A stretch of 64,000 bases of DNA from Pristiophorus japonicus (lineage: Eukaryota): assembly GCF_044704955.1 (NCBI RefSeq), contig NC_091992.1:3968001-4032000 (forward strand). Reading direction: 5' to 3'. Within the stretch, counting starts at the first letter, position 1; each line of letters starts with the position of its first letter. Positions 12,160 to 25,066 of this stretch are shown one piece after another. The notes under the pieces are model-generated. The model had not been told where the DNA came from and did no database searches. It worked only from the letters and a program-made list of their open reading frames with translations. The position numbers and the translations under genes were made by a program.

Positions 12160-15100
12160 TAGGCCCATACAGCAGAGCTGGTCTCCAGTGGTCTTGGATC
12201 CCCTTGCCACTGGACCAAGACCTCGCTCTGTCAAGCCCGTGTGGTAGCCGGTGTACAACGGCCACCCCAGGTTAAAAGAATACACACACAGGCATCTTCC
12301 ACCCTTTAAGATGAAGTTCGGTACCTGGAACATCAGGACTCACATGGACAACCCCAACAGCAACAGACCAGAATGCCGCACTGCTATCGTTGCCTGGGAA
12401 CTCAGACGTTTCGATGTAAACATCGCCACCCTAAGCGAGACCCGGTGGGCAGGGGAAGGTCAGCTCAAGGAACAAGGTGGTGGTAACACCTTCTTCTGGA
12501 AAGGTGAACCAGAAGAAAAACGCCACCTCTATGGGGTAGGCTTTGCCATAAAAATGTAGCTAGTTGGACGTCAGTGACTTCCCCTGCAGGATAAACGAAC
12601 GTCTCATGGTCCTTCGGCTCAGCCTAGCCCGGAACCAGTGCGCTACGGTCATCAGTGCGTATGCCCCACCACTGGAAGCTACAGACAAGGCCAAAGAGGA
12701 ATTCTACTCCAGCCTCGAACAATCCCTGTCCCGAGTCCCAACAGGCGACAAGCTGATCCTCCTTGGCGATTTCAACGCCAGAGCTGGAAAGGACAGACCT
12801 CTGGGGAGGTGTGATCGGCAGGGAGTGGGTAGGGAAAACCAACTCCAACGGTACCCTCCTCCTGACGAAATGCTTGGAACATGACCTTGTCACAACCAAC
12901 ACCTTGTTCCGTCAGAGACACAAGTACAAAGCTTCATGGCAACACCCTCGCTCCAAGCACTGGCATCTGCTCGACTATGTCATCGTCCGAGCGAGGGACC
13001 GCAAGAATGTGCGCATCACCCGTGCCATGACAGGAGCAGACGACTGCTGGATGGACCACCGCCTAATCCGCGCCGTCATCTCCATCAGGGTAGCCCCAAA
13101 ACAGCGACGGCAACAGAAACAATGCCACAGGAAAATCAATGCTGGAGCACTCAAAGACCCTGCTAAGAGAACCCTATTCAGCCAGTGCCTCTCTACCATC
13201 CTAGCGGCTCTCAGTGATCCAGAGACGCAGAGTGCCCACAGCGCCTGGTCTGCCCTCAAGACCTTCATAATTAGCACCTAGGAAAAGACGCTCGGTCACT
13301 CGACCAGGAAACACCAAGACTGGTTCGATGAGATCGACCAGGAGATCCAGATTCTAATAAGCCGCAAGTGCAAGGCATTCTTGAACTGGAAGCAGCAACA
13401 CAACTCGAGAACAAGAAAGCAGCTCTACAGACGTCTGAAGGCCGAGGTCCAACAAAAAACGCGCAAAGAACAGATGGATGGAGAACAGGTGGGTGGAGAA
13501 AGCGTAGGAGATCCAGCTACTAGCCGACAATTCTTTAGCGCAGTCCAAACCACCGACGGCCCAAGGTCCTACCCCATTGTGGGCCAAGAACGGAGAGTTG
13601 CTCATCAAGAACAGAGAGGCAGTCAGTATCGCTGGAAGGAGCACTTCAAAGATCTCCTCAACCAAGACTCCGTCTTCAACATGTGTCGATTCCATCCCGC
13701 AGCATGTTACCAGTCACCACCTCAGCACAACCCCAGCCCGGCATGTGGTAGAAAAGGCCATCCGACAACTGAAAAACTAGGCCTCAGAAGCAGATGGAAT
13801 CCCCGCACTAAACATGGCGGAGAAGCACTACTGGCACGGATCCATGACATCATCTCTCTTATCTGGAAGGAGGAGAACATGCCAGGAGATCTCAGACACT
13901 GTAATCATGACCATTTTCAAGAACGGCGACATCCGATTGCAGTAATTACAGAGGAGTTTCCCTGCTGTCGGCCACAGAGAACGTCGTCGCAAGAATCCTC
14001 CTCAATTGTCTTCTCCCTGTGGCTGAAGAGCTACTCCGATGCACAATGCAGATTCCGCCTACTAAGGGGCACAATGAACATGATCTTCACCATGTGGCAA
14101 GTCCAAGAGAAATGCAGGGAACACCACCAACCCTTGTACATGGCCTTCTTTGACCTCACAAAGGCCTTCGACACTGTCAACTGTGAGGGATTATGGAGCA
14201 TCCTCCTCAAATTCGGCTGCCCTCAAAAGTTTGTCACCATCCTCTGCCTACTTCACGATGACATCCAAGCCGTGATCCTGACCAACGAATCCACCACAGG
14301 CCCAATCCACGTCCGGACCAGGGTCAAGCAAGGATGTGTCATCGCACTAACACTCTTCTCAATCTTCCTTGCTGCAATGCTCCATCTCACCCTCAGCAAG
14401 TCTCCCCGCTGGAGTGGAGCTAAACTACAGAACAAATCTCTGTCGCCTCCAGTCCAGATCCAAGATCGTCCCATCCTGTCATTGAATTACAGTATGCAGA
14501 CGATGCTTGCGCCTGCGCACACTCAAAGGCCGAACTCCAAACCATCATCAACACCTCCACCAAGGTGTACGAGAGCATGGGCCTTACACCAAACATCCAT
14601 AAGACAAAGGTCCTTTACCAACCTGCCCCCACCACACAGTACTGCCCATTGATCATCAAAATTCACGACGAGGCCTTGGACAAAGGGAACCATTTTCCAT
14701 ACCTCGGGAGCCTACTGTCAACAAGGGCAGACATCGATGACGAAGTCTAACACCGCCTTCAGTGCGCCAGAGCAGCCTTCAGTCGCCTGAGCAAGAGAGC
14801 GTTTGAAGATCAGGACCTCAAACCTGGCACCAAGTTCATGGTGTACAGAGCAGTAGTGATACCCGCCCTCCTATATGGCTCAGAGACATGGACTATGTAC
14901 AGCAGGCTACTCAAAGCACTGGAGAAGTACCACCAACGCTGCTGTCGCAAGATCCTGCAAATCCATTGGCAGGATAGACGCACCAACGTCCGTGTTCTTG
15001 CTCAGGCCAACATCGAAGCACTGACCACGCTCCATCAGCTCCGTTGGGCGGGCCACATCATCTGCATGCCTGACACAAAACTCCCAAAGTAAGCGCTCCA

Positions 15101-15490
15101 CTCGGAACTCCTACACGGCAAGCGAGCCCCAGGTGGGCAGGGAAACGCTTCAAGGGCATCCTCAAAGCTTTCTTGATAAAGAGCAACATACCACAACCCC
15201 CCCCCCCCCCCCCCGACACCTGGGAATCCCTGGCCCAAGACCGCTCAAAGTGGAGGAAAAGCATCCTGGAAGGCACCGAACACCTCGGGTCCCTTCGCCA
15301 AGAGAAAGCTGAAGCCAAACGTCGACAGTTGAAGGAACACGTGGCAACCCACCCACCCTTTCCTTCAACCACTGTCTGCCCCACCTGTAAGAGACTGCAG
15401 GTCCCGCATTGGACTCCTCAGTCAGCTGAGAACTCATTTCTAATGTGGAAGCAAGTCATCCTCGACTCCGAGGGGCTGGCTAAGAAGAGA
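12160..15490 (+). mobile_element. Near full-length decayed RTE-clade LINE
   Basis: MKFGTWNIRT...LSETR endonuclease start, ILLGDFNA, WQHPRSKHWHLLDY, FFDLTKAFD, VKQGC, LLYGSETW, QLRWAGH; many frameshifts; short AAG-type tail. Confidence 0.93.
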
Positions 15491-15809
15491 GGACCGGGGG
15501 GGGGGGGGGGTGAGGGGATGGGTAGGGGGTGAGACGTTCCAACATGACCCCAGCTGGAATCAAACAACCCAACACGAAGCAGGGGTCTTCAGCCTCGAGA
15601 ATGTCCGAGAGGTGTTGTAGCCGGGCATCGCACGGCAAGCACAGCACCAGAGTCCCACACTGCTCCATTTTATAAACCCAACACATTATCGCTCGACAAC
15701 TCCTCAAATATCTTTTTATAAACACCTTTGCACTTCTTCCCCTCTCCTTTTCTGGCCGTTATTTGCCATCTCTCTGACTTATCTTGTGCGGACTGGTTTG
15801 CTCTCTTAC

Positions 15810-15909
15810 CTGACGGCAGATTTCGGGATGGAGCCGTACAGCAGGGGGCTGAGACCTCGGTACAATCCCTTCACCCCGTGTTCCTGAAGTGTTACCCGGA
15901 TACAGTCTC
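15810..15909 (-). CDS. SLC25A1: SLC25A1-like exon 3
   Basis: 100 bp, AG/GT bounded; [34 protein letters not shown]; phase fits exons 2 and 4. Confidence 0.95.
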
Positions 15910-16064
15910 CTGCCGAGGGAGCAGACCGTCAGTTCCTGCGGCTCGTTAGTGGGGGCTCCTCGCCTTCTATTCAATCCCACACTTACATAAATGACAATCC
16001 CTGTCTCCTCGGTTTAATGGAGATCCACGTACGTTTGTACCAGAATGATACGTGGATTCCAATA

Positions 16065-16820
16065 ACATAGGGAATAGGAGGAGTAGACCATTCGGCCCCT
16101 CGAGCCTGCTCCACCATTCAGTAAGATCATGGGTGATCTGATCTTGGCCTCAGCTCCACTCCCCATAACCCTTGACTCCCCGATTGTTCAAAAATCTGTC
16201 CATCTCTGCCTTGAATATATTCAATGATTCAAGGGTTAAGAGATTACACAAATTAGCATTTGTATTCCCCAGAATTTGGAAGGTTAAAGGGTGATCTGAT
16301 CGAAGTTTTCAGGATATTAAGGGGAGCTGATAGGGTAGATAGAGAGAAACTATTTTTGCTGGTTGGAGTGGCTAGGACTAGCGGGCATGGTCCAAAATTT
16401 AGAGCCAGGCTTTTCAGGAGTGAAATTAGGAAACACTTCTACACACAAAGAATGTAAGAAATAGCAGGAGTCGGCCATTTGGCCCCCCGAGCCTGCCCCA
16501 CCTTTCAATAAGATCATGGCTGATCTGATCTTGGCCTCAACTCTATTTCCCTGCCCGCTCCCCATAACCCTCGACTCCCCTATCGTTCAAAAATCTGTCT
16601 ATCTCCACCTTAAATATATTCAATAACCCCAAAGGGTGGTAGAAGTTTTGAACTCTCTTCCGCAAACAGCAATTGATGCTAGGTCAATTGTTAATTCTGA
16701 ATACGAGAATAGATTTGTTAACCAAAGGTATTAAGGGATATGGGCCAAAAGCGGGTATATGGTGTTAGGTCACAGATCAGCCATGATCTCATTGAATGGT
16801 TTCCTCACATTCCTATGTTT
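16065..16820. mobile_element. Cluster of nested CR1 3' fragments
   Basis: Plus fragment split by a minus-strand tail (16451-16629) flanked by a duplicated CAAAG. Confidence 0.8.
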
Positions 16821-17297
16821 GCCTGGCTCGGTGTTCGAGTTAGCTCCCAGACAATTAACGCACGATTGTAGAGATGACATTCCCCTCTGGAGATGTGCCT
16901 TCCCTCTGCCACGGTCCCCCCTCTCCTGCCACAGGGAGATCAGGATATCACTGGGGGGAGACCACAGGTAGGGAACCGCGTCTCTGGCATTCCCTGGCAC
17001 AGTGATCCAGAGCTCACCTCCCGCAGGGCTGTCCAGTGTCGGGATATTTAACTCGATTGTCCCGCACATTGCGTGATTGTGGCTATCGCTTGTGTGAAGC
17101 TGGCTGTCTCTCACAAAGCTCTCATGGTGTGGAGCCTGTGACCCTACAGTGCTCTAATGGCAGAGTGCAAGGCCAATTCTCAGTGCCACTGCAGTATGTA
17201 GGGGGAGAGCATTTGTGCCAGTGAAATGGGCATCCCTTACCAAATGCGCATAGTGTGTAGTGTCTGTGTCTTTATACCAAGGGCCAGTATCCCTTAC

Positions 17298-17405
17298 CAA
17301 TGCCCCTATAACGTGGACGATTCGCCCGCTCGTCAAGCTGGAGCTGTGTTTTCACATACTCTGTTGGAAAGGTGATGCAGATTTCAATTCCTCCAGCAAG
17401 GCCAC
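17298..17405 (-). CDS. SLC25A1: SLC25A1-like exon 2
   Basis: 108 bp, AG/GT bounded; [35 protein letters not shown] with carrier signature PxExxK. Missed by the ORF track. Confidence 0.95.
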
Positions 17406-17689
17406 CTGCACCACATAAAGAGGGTGAATCGATGCGCGAGCACTCAACGAATCAAAGAGAATCCCCCAAAACCCTCGTGCCCCTTTCTCAGGAGTACAGT
17501 CGATTCTGGTCCCACCCCCCATTCTCACTGCCCCCAGAGCCCAAGTCTCTCTCTTTCCCACCCCCATCCCCTCCCTACCTACCGTGGCGATGGTTTCTCC
17601 AGGTGGTGAACCCCAGCTCCTGCACCCAGTCCCCCACCCCCTCTCCCCCTGGACCGAGTCCAATCCCCACCCCTCAGGGCCCAGCCCAG

Positions 17690-18990
17690 TACCCCCTCAC
17701 ACCCCCCAGGGGCCCTGTCCCCCCCCCCCCCCCCTCACACCGCCCCGGGGCCCTGTCCCCCCCACCCACACCCCCTGGGGCCCTGTCCCCGCCACACACA
17801 CCCCCCCGGGGCCCTGTCCCCCCCCCCTCACACACCCCCGGGACCCTGTCCCCCCCCTCACACATCCCCGGGGCCCTGTCTCCCCCCCCCCCCACACCCC
17901 CGGGGCCCTGCCCCCCGCCTCACACATCCCCGGGGCCCTGTCCCCCCCCCCCCACACACCCCCGGGGCCCTGTCTCTCCCCCCCCCGGGGCCCTGTCTCT
18001 CCTCCCCCCCCCGGGGCCCTGTCTCCCTCCCCCCCCCTCACACACCCCCAGGGCCCTGTTTCCCCCCCCCCCCTCACACACCCCCGGGGCCCTGTTCCCA
18101 CCCCCCCCCCGGGCCCGGTCTCCCCCCCCCCCCCTCACACACCCCCGGGGCCCTGTCCCCCCCCCTCACACACCCCCGGGGCCCTGTCCCCCCCCCTCAA
18201 ACACCCCCGGGGCCCTGTCCCCCCCCCTCAAACACACCCCCGGGGCCCTGTCCCCCCCCCCCCCCCCCAGGGCCCTGTCTCCCCCCCCCCTCACACACCC
18301 CCGGGGCCCTGTCCCCCCCCCCCCCACACACCCCCGGGGCCCTGTCTCCCCCCCCCCCACACACCCCCAGGGCCCTGTCTCCCCCCCCCCCCCTCACACA
18401 CCCCCGGGGCCCTGTTCCCACTCCCCCCCCTCACACACCCCCGGGGCCCTGTTCCCACCCCCCCCCCGGGCCCGGTCTCCCCCCCCCCCCTCACACACCC
18501 CCGGGGCCCTGTCCCCCCCCCCTCACACACCCCCGGGGCCCTGTCCCCCCCCCTCAAACACCCCCGGGGCCCTGTCCCCCCCCCTCAAACACACCCCCGG
18601 GGCCCTGTCTCCCCCCCCCCCCCCACACACCCCCAGGGCCCTGTCTCCCCCCCCCCTCACACACCCCCGGGGCCCTGTCCCCCCCCCCCCCACACACCCC
18701 CGGGGCCCTGTCTCCCCCCCCCCACACACCCCCAGGGCCCTGTCTCCCCCCCCCCCCCCTCACACACCCCCCGGGGCCCTGTCTCCCTCCCCCCTCACAC
18801 ACCCCCCGGGGCCCTGTTTCCCCCCCCCCACACACACACACCCCCGAGGCCCTGTCCCCCCACCCACCCCCGGGGCCCTGTCCCCCCACCCACCCCCGGG
18901 GCCCTGTCTCCCCCCTCCCCTCCTCGTTCCCACCCCACCCTCACACACCCCCGGGGCCCGGTCCCCCCTCATACCCTCCTGGGCCCGGTC
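17690..18990. repeat. C-rich minisatellite of about 30 bp (CACACACCCCCGGGGCCCTGTC + C-run)
   Basis: Directly visible; SLC25A1-like intron 1. Confidence 0.95.
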
Positions 18991-19028
18991 CCTCACACCG
19001 TAGCCCCCGGGCCCCGGCCGGCCTCTAC

Positions 19029-19227
19029 CTGCCAGGATGGCTTTGGCCGGGTGTGTGAGCTTCCCGGAGCCGCCTGCAGGAGGAGCCGCCGCCGCTGCCG
19101 CCAGAGCCCGCCTCCCCCGGGCCAGGCCCGCAGCCCCGGGATGTCCCCATCCGCGGCCGGGGGAGAGGCGGTGGGCGGCGGGGCCGGGAGAGCCGCTGCC
19201 GCTCGCGGGCCCGCTCGGTGGAGACAT
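19029..19227 (-). CDS. SLC25A1: SLC25A1-like mitochondrial tricarboxylate (citrate) carrier, coding exon 1
   Basis: ATG at 19227; encodes ...RALAAAAAAPPAGGSGKLTHPAKAILAG, matching the citrate carrier N-terminus; GT donor at 19028-19027; phase 1. Start codon choice is less certain than the donor. May be a paralogue rather than the orthologue. Confidence 0.85.
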
Positions 19228-19822
19228 GCCGGCAACGCTCCCGCGCTCTGAGGGAAACTGCCTTCACCCGCCGCCCCTCGCCATTGGTCAGCTCCAACCG
19301 CCCTGCCAGTGGACCATGTAATCCCCGTCATATTATTGGCTAGGTCTGGGAACGCGCGGCTCTATCATTGGTTAATTCTGGTGCGGTGAAGACTAGACAC
19401 CTGATTGGCTGTCCCAGTGTGCCCTGAAGAATTTGATTGGCTGAGAGAGTAAGGGGCGTAAGGAGTGCAATCATGCGCGGTGCAATAAATAATGCACCAG
19501 GCGTTTTTCCCGTTCGGTGTTTACCCAATTGCTGCAGTGCTCTGGAGCCAGGGCTTTGGACAAACTCACGGGGAAAATAAAATCAATGCAAAGGCTTCCT
19601 GTCCCTCGAACGCTGAGCTTAAATGTTCCCGCCTTCTCAATCACTTAGTCCCGCCCCTGCTCGCTATTGGCTGAGAATACGCCCCGCCCACTGACGTGCA
19701 TGCTCTTCGCCCCGTTACCAAGGAGACGGTTGCGCGGAGGATACAGTTGCTAGGCGACGCGTTTGTTGAGAGGGCGACACTGCGGCTGCGCGGAGCGAGG
19801 GAGATTGGCGGATTGCAGACAG
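19228..19822. promoter_or_regulatory. Bidirectional CpG-rich promoter shared by SLC25A1-like (-) and TEKT1 (+), including the TEKT1 non-coding first exon
   Basis: ATTGG (CCAAT on minus) at 19283, 19335, 19367, 19404, 19436, 19666, 19804; GC boxes near 19651 and 19683; X-box-like GTTACCAAGGAGAC 19714-19727 and GTTGCTAGGCGAC 19746-19758; strong donor AG|GTGAGT at 19822/19823. Confidence 0.75.
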
Positions 19823-19849
19823 GTGAGTGCGGGCCGCGAGCGGGACCGG

Positions 19850-21500
19850 GACCCCCCCATCCCCCAGGACTTCCCCACCCCCACCCCCCCGGGACCCCAC
19901 CCCCACGCACAGAGATCCCCACCCCGGGAACCTCCCCAGGACCCCACCCCCCGGGCACAGAGACCCCCTCCCCGGGACCCCCCCCCAGGATCCCACCCCC
20001 CGGGAACCACCCGGGCACAGAGACCCCCTCCCGGGACCCCCCCCAGGACCCCACCCCCCGGGCACCCCACCCCGGGAACCCCCCGGGCACAGAGACCCCC
20101 TCCCCGGGCATCCCACCCCGGGAACCCCCTCCCCGGGACCCCCCCAAGGACTTCCCCACCCCGGACCAACCCCCGGGACCCCACCCCCACCACCCGGGCA
20201 CAGTCCCCCTCCCCGGGAACCCCCCGGGCACAGAGACCCCCTCCCCGGGCATCCCACCCCGGGAACCCCCTCCCCGGGACCCACACCCCCCCAGGACTTC
20301 CCCACCCCGGACCAGCCCCCGGGACCCCACCCCCCGGGCACAGAGACCCCCTCCCCGGGCATCCCACCCCGGGAACACCCCGGGCACAGAGACCCCCACC
20401 CCCGGGCACCGAGACCCCCTCTCCGGGCACCCCACCCCGGGAACCACCCGGGCACAGAGACCCCCTCCCCGGGACCCCCCCCCAGGATCCCACCCCCCGG
20501 GAACCACCCGGGCACAGAGACCCCCTCCCGGGACCCCCCCCAGGACCCCACCCCCTGGGCACCCCACCCCGGGAACCCCCCGGGCACAGAGACCCCCTCC
20601 CCGGGCATCCCGCCCCGGGAACCCCCTCCCCGGGACCCCCCCAAGGACTTCCCCACCCCGGACCAGCCCCCGGGACCCCACCCCCCGGGCACAGAGACCC
20701 CCTCTCCGGGCACCGAGACCCCCTCTCCGGGCATCCCACCCCGGGAACACCCCGGGCACAGAGACCCCCTCCCTGGGCATCCCACCCCGGGAACACCCCA
20801 GGCACAGAGACCCCCTCCCCGGGCATCCCACTCCGGGAACCCCCTCTCCAGGACCTCACCCCCCCCCCCCCCCCGCAGGACTTCCCCACCCCGGACCAAC
20901 ACCCGGGACCGCACCCCCACCACCCGGGCACAGTCCCCCTCCCCGGGAACCCCCCGGGCACAGACCCCCTCCCCGGGAACCCCCCAGGCACAGAGACCCC
21001 CTCCCCGGGCATCCCACCCCCGGGACCCCCCCCCCCCAGGACTTCCCCACCCCGGACCAACCCCCGGGACCCCACCCTCCGGGCACAGAGACCCCCCTCT
21101 CCGGGCATCCCACTCCGGGAACACCCCGGGCACAGAGACCCCCACCCCCGGGCACCGAGACCCCCTCTCCGGGCATCCCACCTCGGGAACACCCCGGGGA
21201 CAGAGACTCCCTCCCCGGGCATCCCACCCCGGGAACCCCCTCTCCAGGACCTCACCCCCCCCCCCCCCGCAGGACTTCCCCACCCCGGACCAACCCCCGG
21301 GACCCCACCCTCACCCCCCGGGGACAGAGACCCCCTCCCTGGGCATCCCACCCCGGGAACCCCCCGGGCACAGAGACCCCCTCACCGGCCATCCCACCCC
21401 GGGAACCCCCCGGGCACAGAGACCCCCTCCCCGGGCATCCCACCCAGGGAACCCCCCGGGCACAGAGACCCCCCTCCCCGGGACCCCCCCCCTCCCCCCG
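19850..21500. repeat. C-rich compound minisatellite (CCCGGGCACAGAGACCCCC / CCCGGGAACCCC / AGGACTTCCCCACCCCGGACC)
   Basis: Directly visible; TEKT1 intron 1. Confidence 0.95.
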
Positions 21501-21639
21501 GCACCTGTCCGAATGCCTCCTTATGTGGCTCGGTGTTGAATTTTGTTTGATAATCGCTCCTGTGAAGCACCTTGGGACGTTTTTCCTACGTTAAAGGCGC
21601 TATATAAATAAAAGTTGTTCTATTTCTCCACAAACATAA

Positions 21640-21935
21640 GAAGGAGGGAACGTAATAAACATAACCAGAGGGCACAGATTTAAGGTGATTAACAAACGAA
21701 CCAGAGGCGACACGAGGAAAAACATTTTTACACAGCTAGTGGTTAGGATTTGCAATGCGCTGCCTGAGAGGATGGTGGAGGCAGATTCAATCGTCGCCTT
21801 CAAAAGGGAATTGGATAAATACATGAAGGAGAAATTGCAGGGCTCCGGGGAACGAGCGGGGGAGGGGGACTTCGAAAGAGCCGGCGCAGACTCAATGGGC
21901 CGAATGGCCTCCTCTGTGCTGCACCATTCTATGAT
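21640..21935 (+). mobile_element. CR1 3' fragment (preceded by an L2 tail at ~21510-21620)
   Basis: TRGHRFK...RKNIFTQLVVRICNALP and 3' UTR. Confidence 0.8.
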
Positions 21936-21975
21936 TGTATAAAGGTTAATGTTGAATGAGTGGGAAAGGCAGTGA

Positions 21976-22724
<749 letters not shown>

Positions 22725-22734
22725 AAAGCCACTT

Positions 22735-23000
22735 CAGAGGGCAGTTAAGAGCAAGCCACGCTTGTGTGAAACTGGAGTCACCTATCGGCCAGACCGGGTA
22801 AGGGCGGCAGGCTTCCTTCCCTAAAGGTCATCAGTGAACCCCTTGGGTTTTTCCCCGACAGATTCACTTTTACTGATCCCAGCTTTTCACAGCCAGATTT
22901 GATTTTTAAACCAGATTATAATTCTCGAACTCGCCATGGTGGGATTTGAACTCGTGTTCTCTGGATTACCGGCCCAGTAACATAATCACTGCGCGACCGT
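22735..23000 (-). mobile_element. tRNA-derived SINE fragment (second family)
   Basis: Similar to 54853-55265 and 59200-59545; B-box-like GAGTTCAAATCCC on minus. Confidence 0.65.
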
Positions 23001-23294
23001 AACAATGTGTTGCGTGTGGATTGTTTGATCAGTGCCGAGGGAGCTCTTTGTTACAGTCCGGACGTGGGTCGCTGCACACTGGTTGCCACATGCAATGACC
23101 GCGGGCACCACGACCTTTGCCCCTCGGAGTTCGAAGAGTTGCTAGATACCAATGTTGAGAAGCAGCAGTAGTTTTAGCACTAATATTTGGGACTGAGTTA
23201 AACGAAGCAAACAGCACTGCCAGTTCAATCTGAGCATCTTGTCTTGCCCGAGACTAAGTCTCCGGTGACTTTATCCCTTTCGACCCACTCAACC

Positions 23295-23540
23295 AACACC
23301 CCCTGTGCTCGCTGACCTACATTGGCTCCGCCTCAAGTTTAAAATTCTCACCCTTGTGTTCAAATCCCTCTATGGCCTCGCCCCTCCTTATCTCTGTAAT
23401 TTCCTCCAGCCCCACAACCCTCCGAGATCTCTGCACTCCTCTAATTCTGGCCTCTTGAGCATCCCCAGTTTCCATCGCTCCACCATTGGCAACCATGCCT
23501 TCAGCTGCCTGGGCCCTAAGCTCTGGAATTCCCTCCCTAT
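23295..23540 (+). mobile_element. L2 LINE fragment (unexpanded reference copy)
   Basis: LADLHWL..FKILTLVFKSLYGLAPPYL...AFSCLGPKLWNSLP. Confidence 0.85.
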
Positions 23541-23569
23541 CTTTCAATCCTATTGGATATAATAGTAGT

Positions 23570-24870
23570 GCCGGAGGGTTGCTAACGTTATACCAATATT
23601 CAAGAAAGGGGAGAGGCATAAACCAGGAAACTACAGGCCAGTCAGCCTAACGTTGGTGATGGGGAAGCCATTATCAGAGACAAAATACATTTTCATTTGG
23701 AAAGGCATGGGTTAATCAAGGAGAGACAGCATGGGTTTGTGAAAGCTAAATTGTATCTGACCAATTAGATTTAATTCTTTGATGAAGTAACAGAGAAAGT
23801 TGATCAAGACAATGCAGTAGCTGTTGTATATATGGACTTTTGGAAGGCATTTGACAAAGTGCCACAGGGGAGGCTTATTAAGGGGAAAATGGCAGTATGG
23901 ATACAACATTGGCTGAGTGACAGGATGCAGGGTGGTGGACAGCTGTTTCTCAGACTGGGAGGTGGTTTGCAGTGGTGCTCCCCAAGGGTCCCATTTTGGT
24001 CAACTGCTCTTCAGTTTATATAAACGCCCCAGACCCGGGTTAAGGGAGCAGCATTATAAAGTTTGCAGATGATACAAAACTTGGCAAAGTACTAGATTAT
24101 GATAAAGATGGTTGTCGGCTTCAGGATGACAGACAGGATGGTGAAATGGGCAGAAGCGTGGCAGATGCAGTTCAATGTGGACAAGTGTGAAGTGATGCAC
24201 CTTGGGAGGACTAATATAGAAAGACAGTGTATGATAAATGGCACATTTTGAAAAGTGTAGATGAGCAGAGAGACCTTGGTGTCCATATACACATCCTTAA
24301 AGTGGCCGGGCAAGATGATAAGGTGGTTAAAAAAAACATATGGGTTACTTGGGTTTATAAACAGAGGGATAGACTATAAAAGCAAAGAGATCGTGCTGGA
24401 ACTTTATAAATCACAGGTTAGGCCTCAGTCAGAGTATTGTTGTTCTGGGCATCACATTTCAGGAAAGATGTAACAGCCTTAGAAAGGGTACAGGAGGTTT
24501 ACCAGGATGTTACCGGGGATGGGGAGAGGTTGGAAAAGTCCGGACTGTTCTCCTTGGAACAGAGACGGTGAAGGGGTGACCAAATAGAGGGTTTCAAGAT
24601 GATGGGAGGTTTTGATAAGAGTAGAGAGAGAGAAACTATCCCTCTGGGGAGTGGGTCAGTAACCAGAGCTCATGGATTTAAAATCATTGCAAAAGATCCA
24701 GAGGGGGAGATGAGGCGAAACGTTTTCACTCCGACAGTTGTGGGGGGGAGGGGGGGGAAACGGACGGACACACAGCGGGGGGGGGGGGTATGGACACAAC
24801 TGGTCTGTCACAGAGCCGACACAGGCACCACGGGCTGAGTGGCCTCCTCCTGTGCTGTACGTTTCTATGA
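23570..24870 (+). mobile_element. Old degenerate CR1 RT fragment
   Basis: NYRPVSL, DFWKAFDKVP, FADD remnants. Confidence 0.85.
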
Positions 24871-25066
24871 TTCTAAACCTCTCCGTCCCTCTCGCCTCCT
24901 TAAAGACGCTCCATAAAACCTCCCTCCTTTACCAAGCTGTTGGTCGCCTGTCCCTACCATCTCCCTTCGTGGCTCGGTGTGAAATGATGCCTGCTCACCG
25001 CTCCTGTGCAGCACCTTGGGATGTTTTATGTAGGCGCTCCCTAAATGCCCACCGTTGTTGTTGTAG

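Noticed and set aside
10467-12333. ORFs spanning N runs (also 57246-57821 and 60371-62574)
   Set aside because: Artefacts of gaps plus low-complexity repeats.
17372-21594. Long Pro/Gly-rich ORFs (400-630 aa) as collagen- or extensin-like genes
   Set aside because: Open in several frames on both strands because the C-rich repeats lack stops; they lie in introns.
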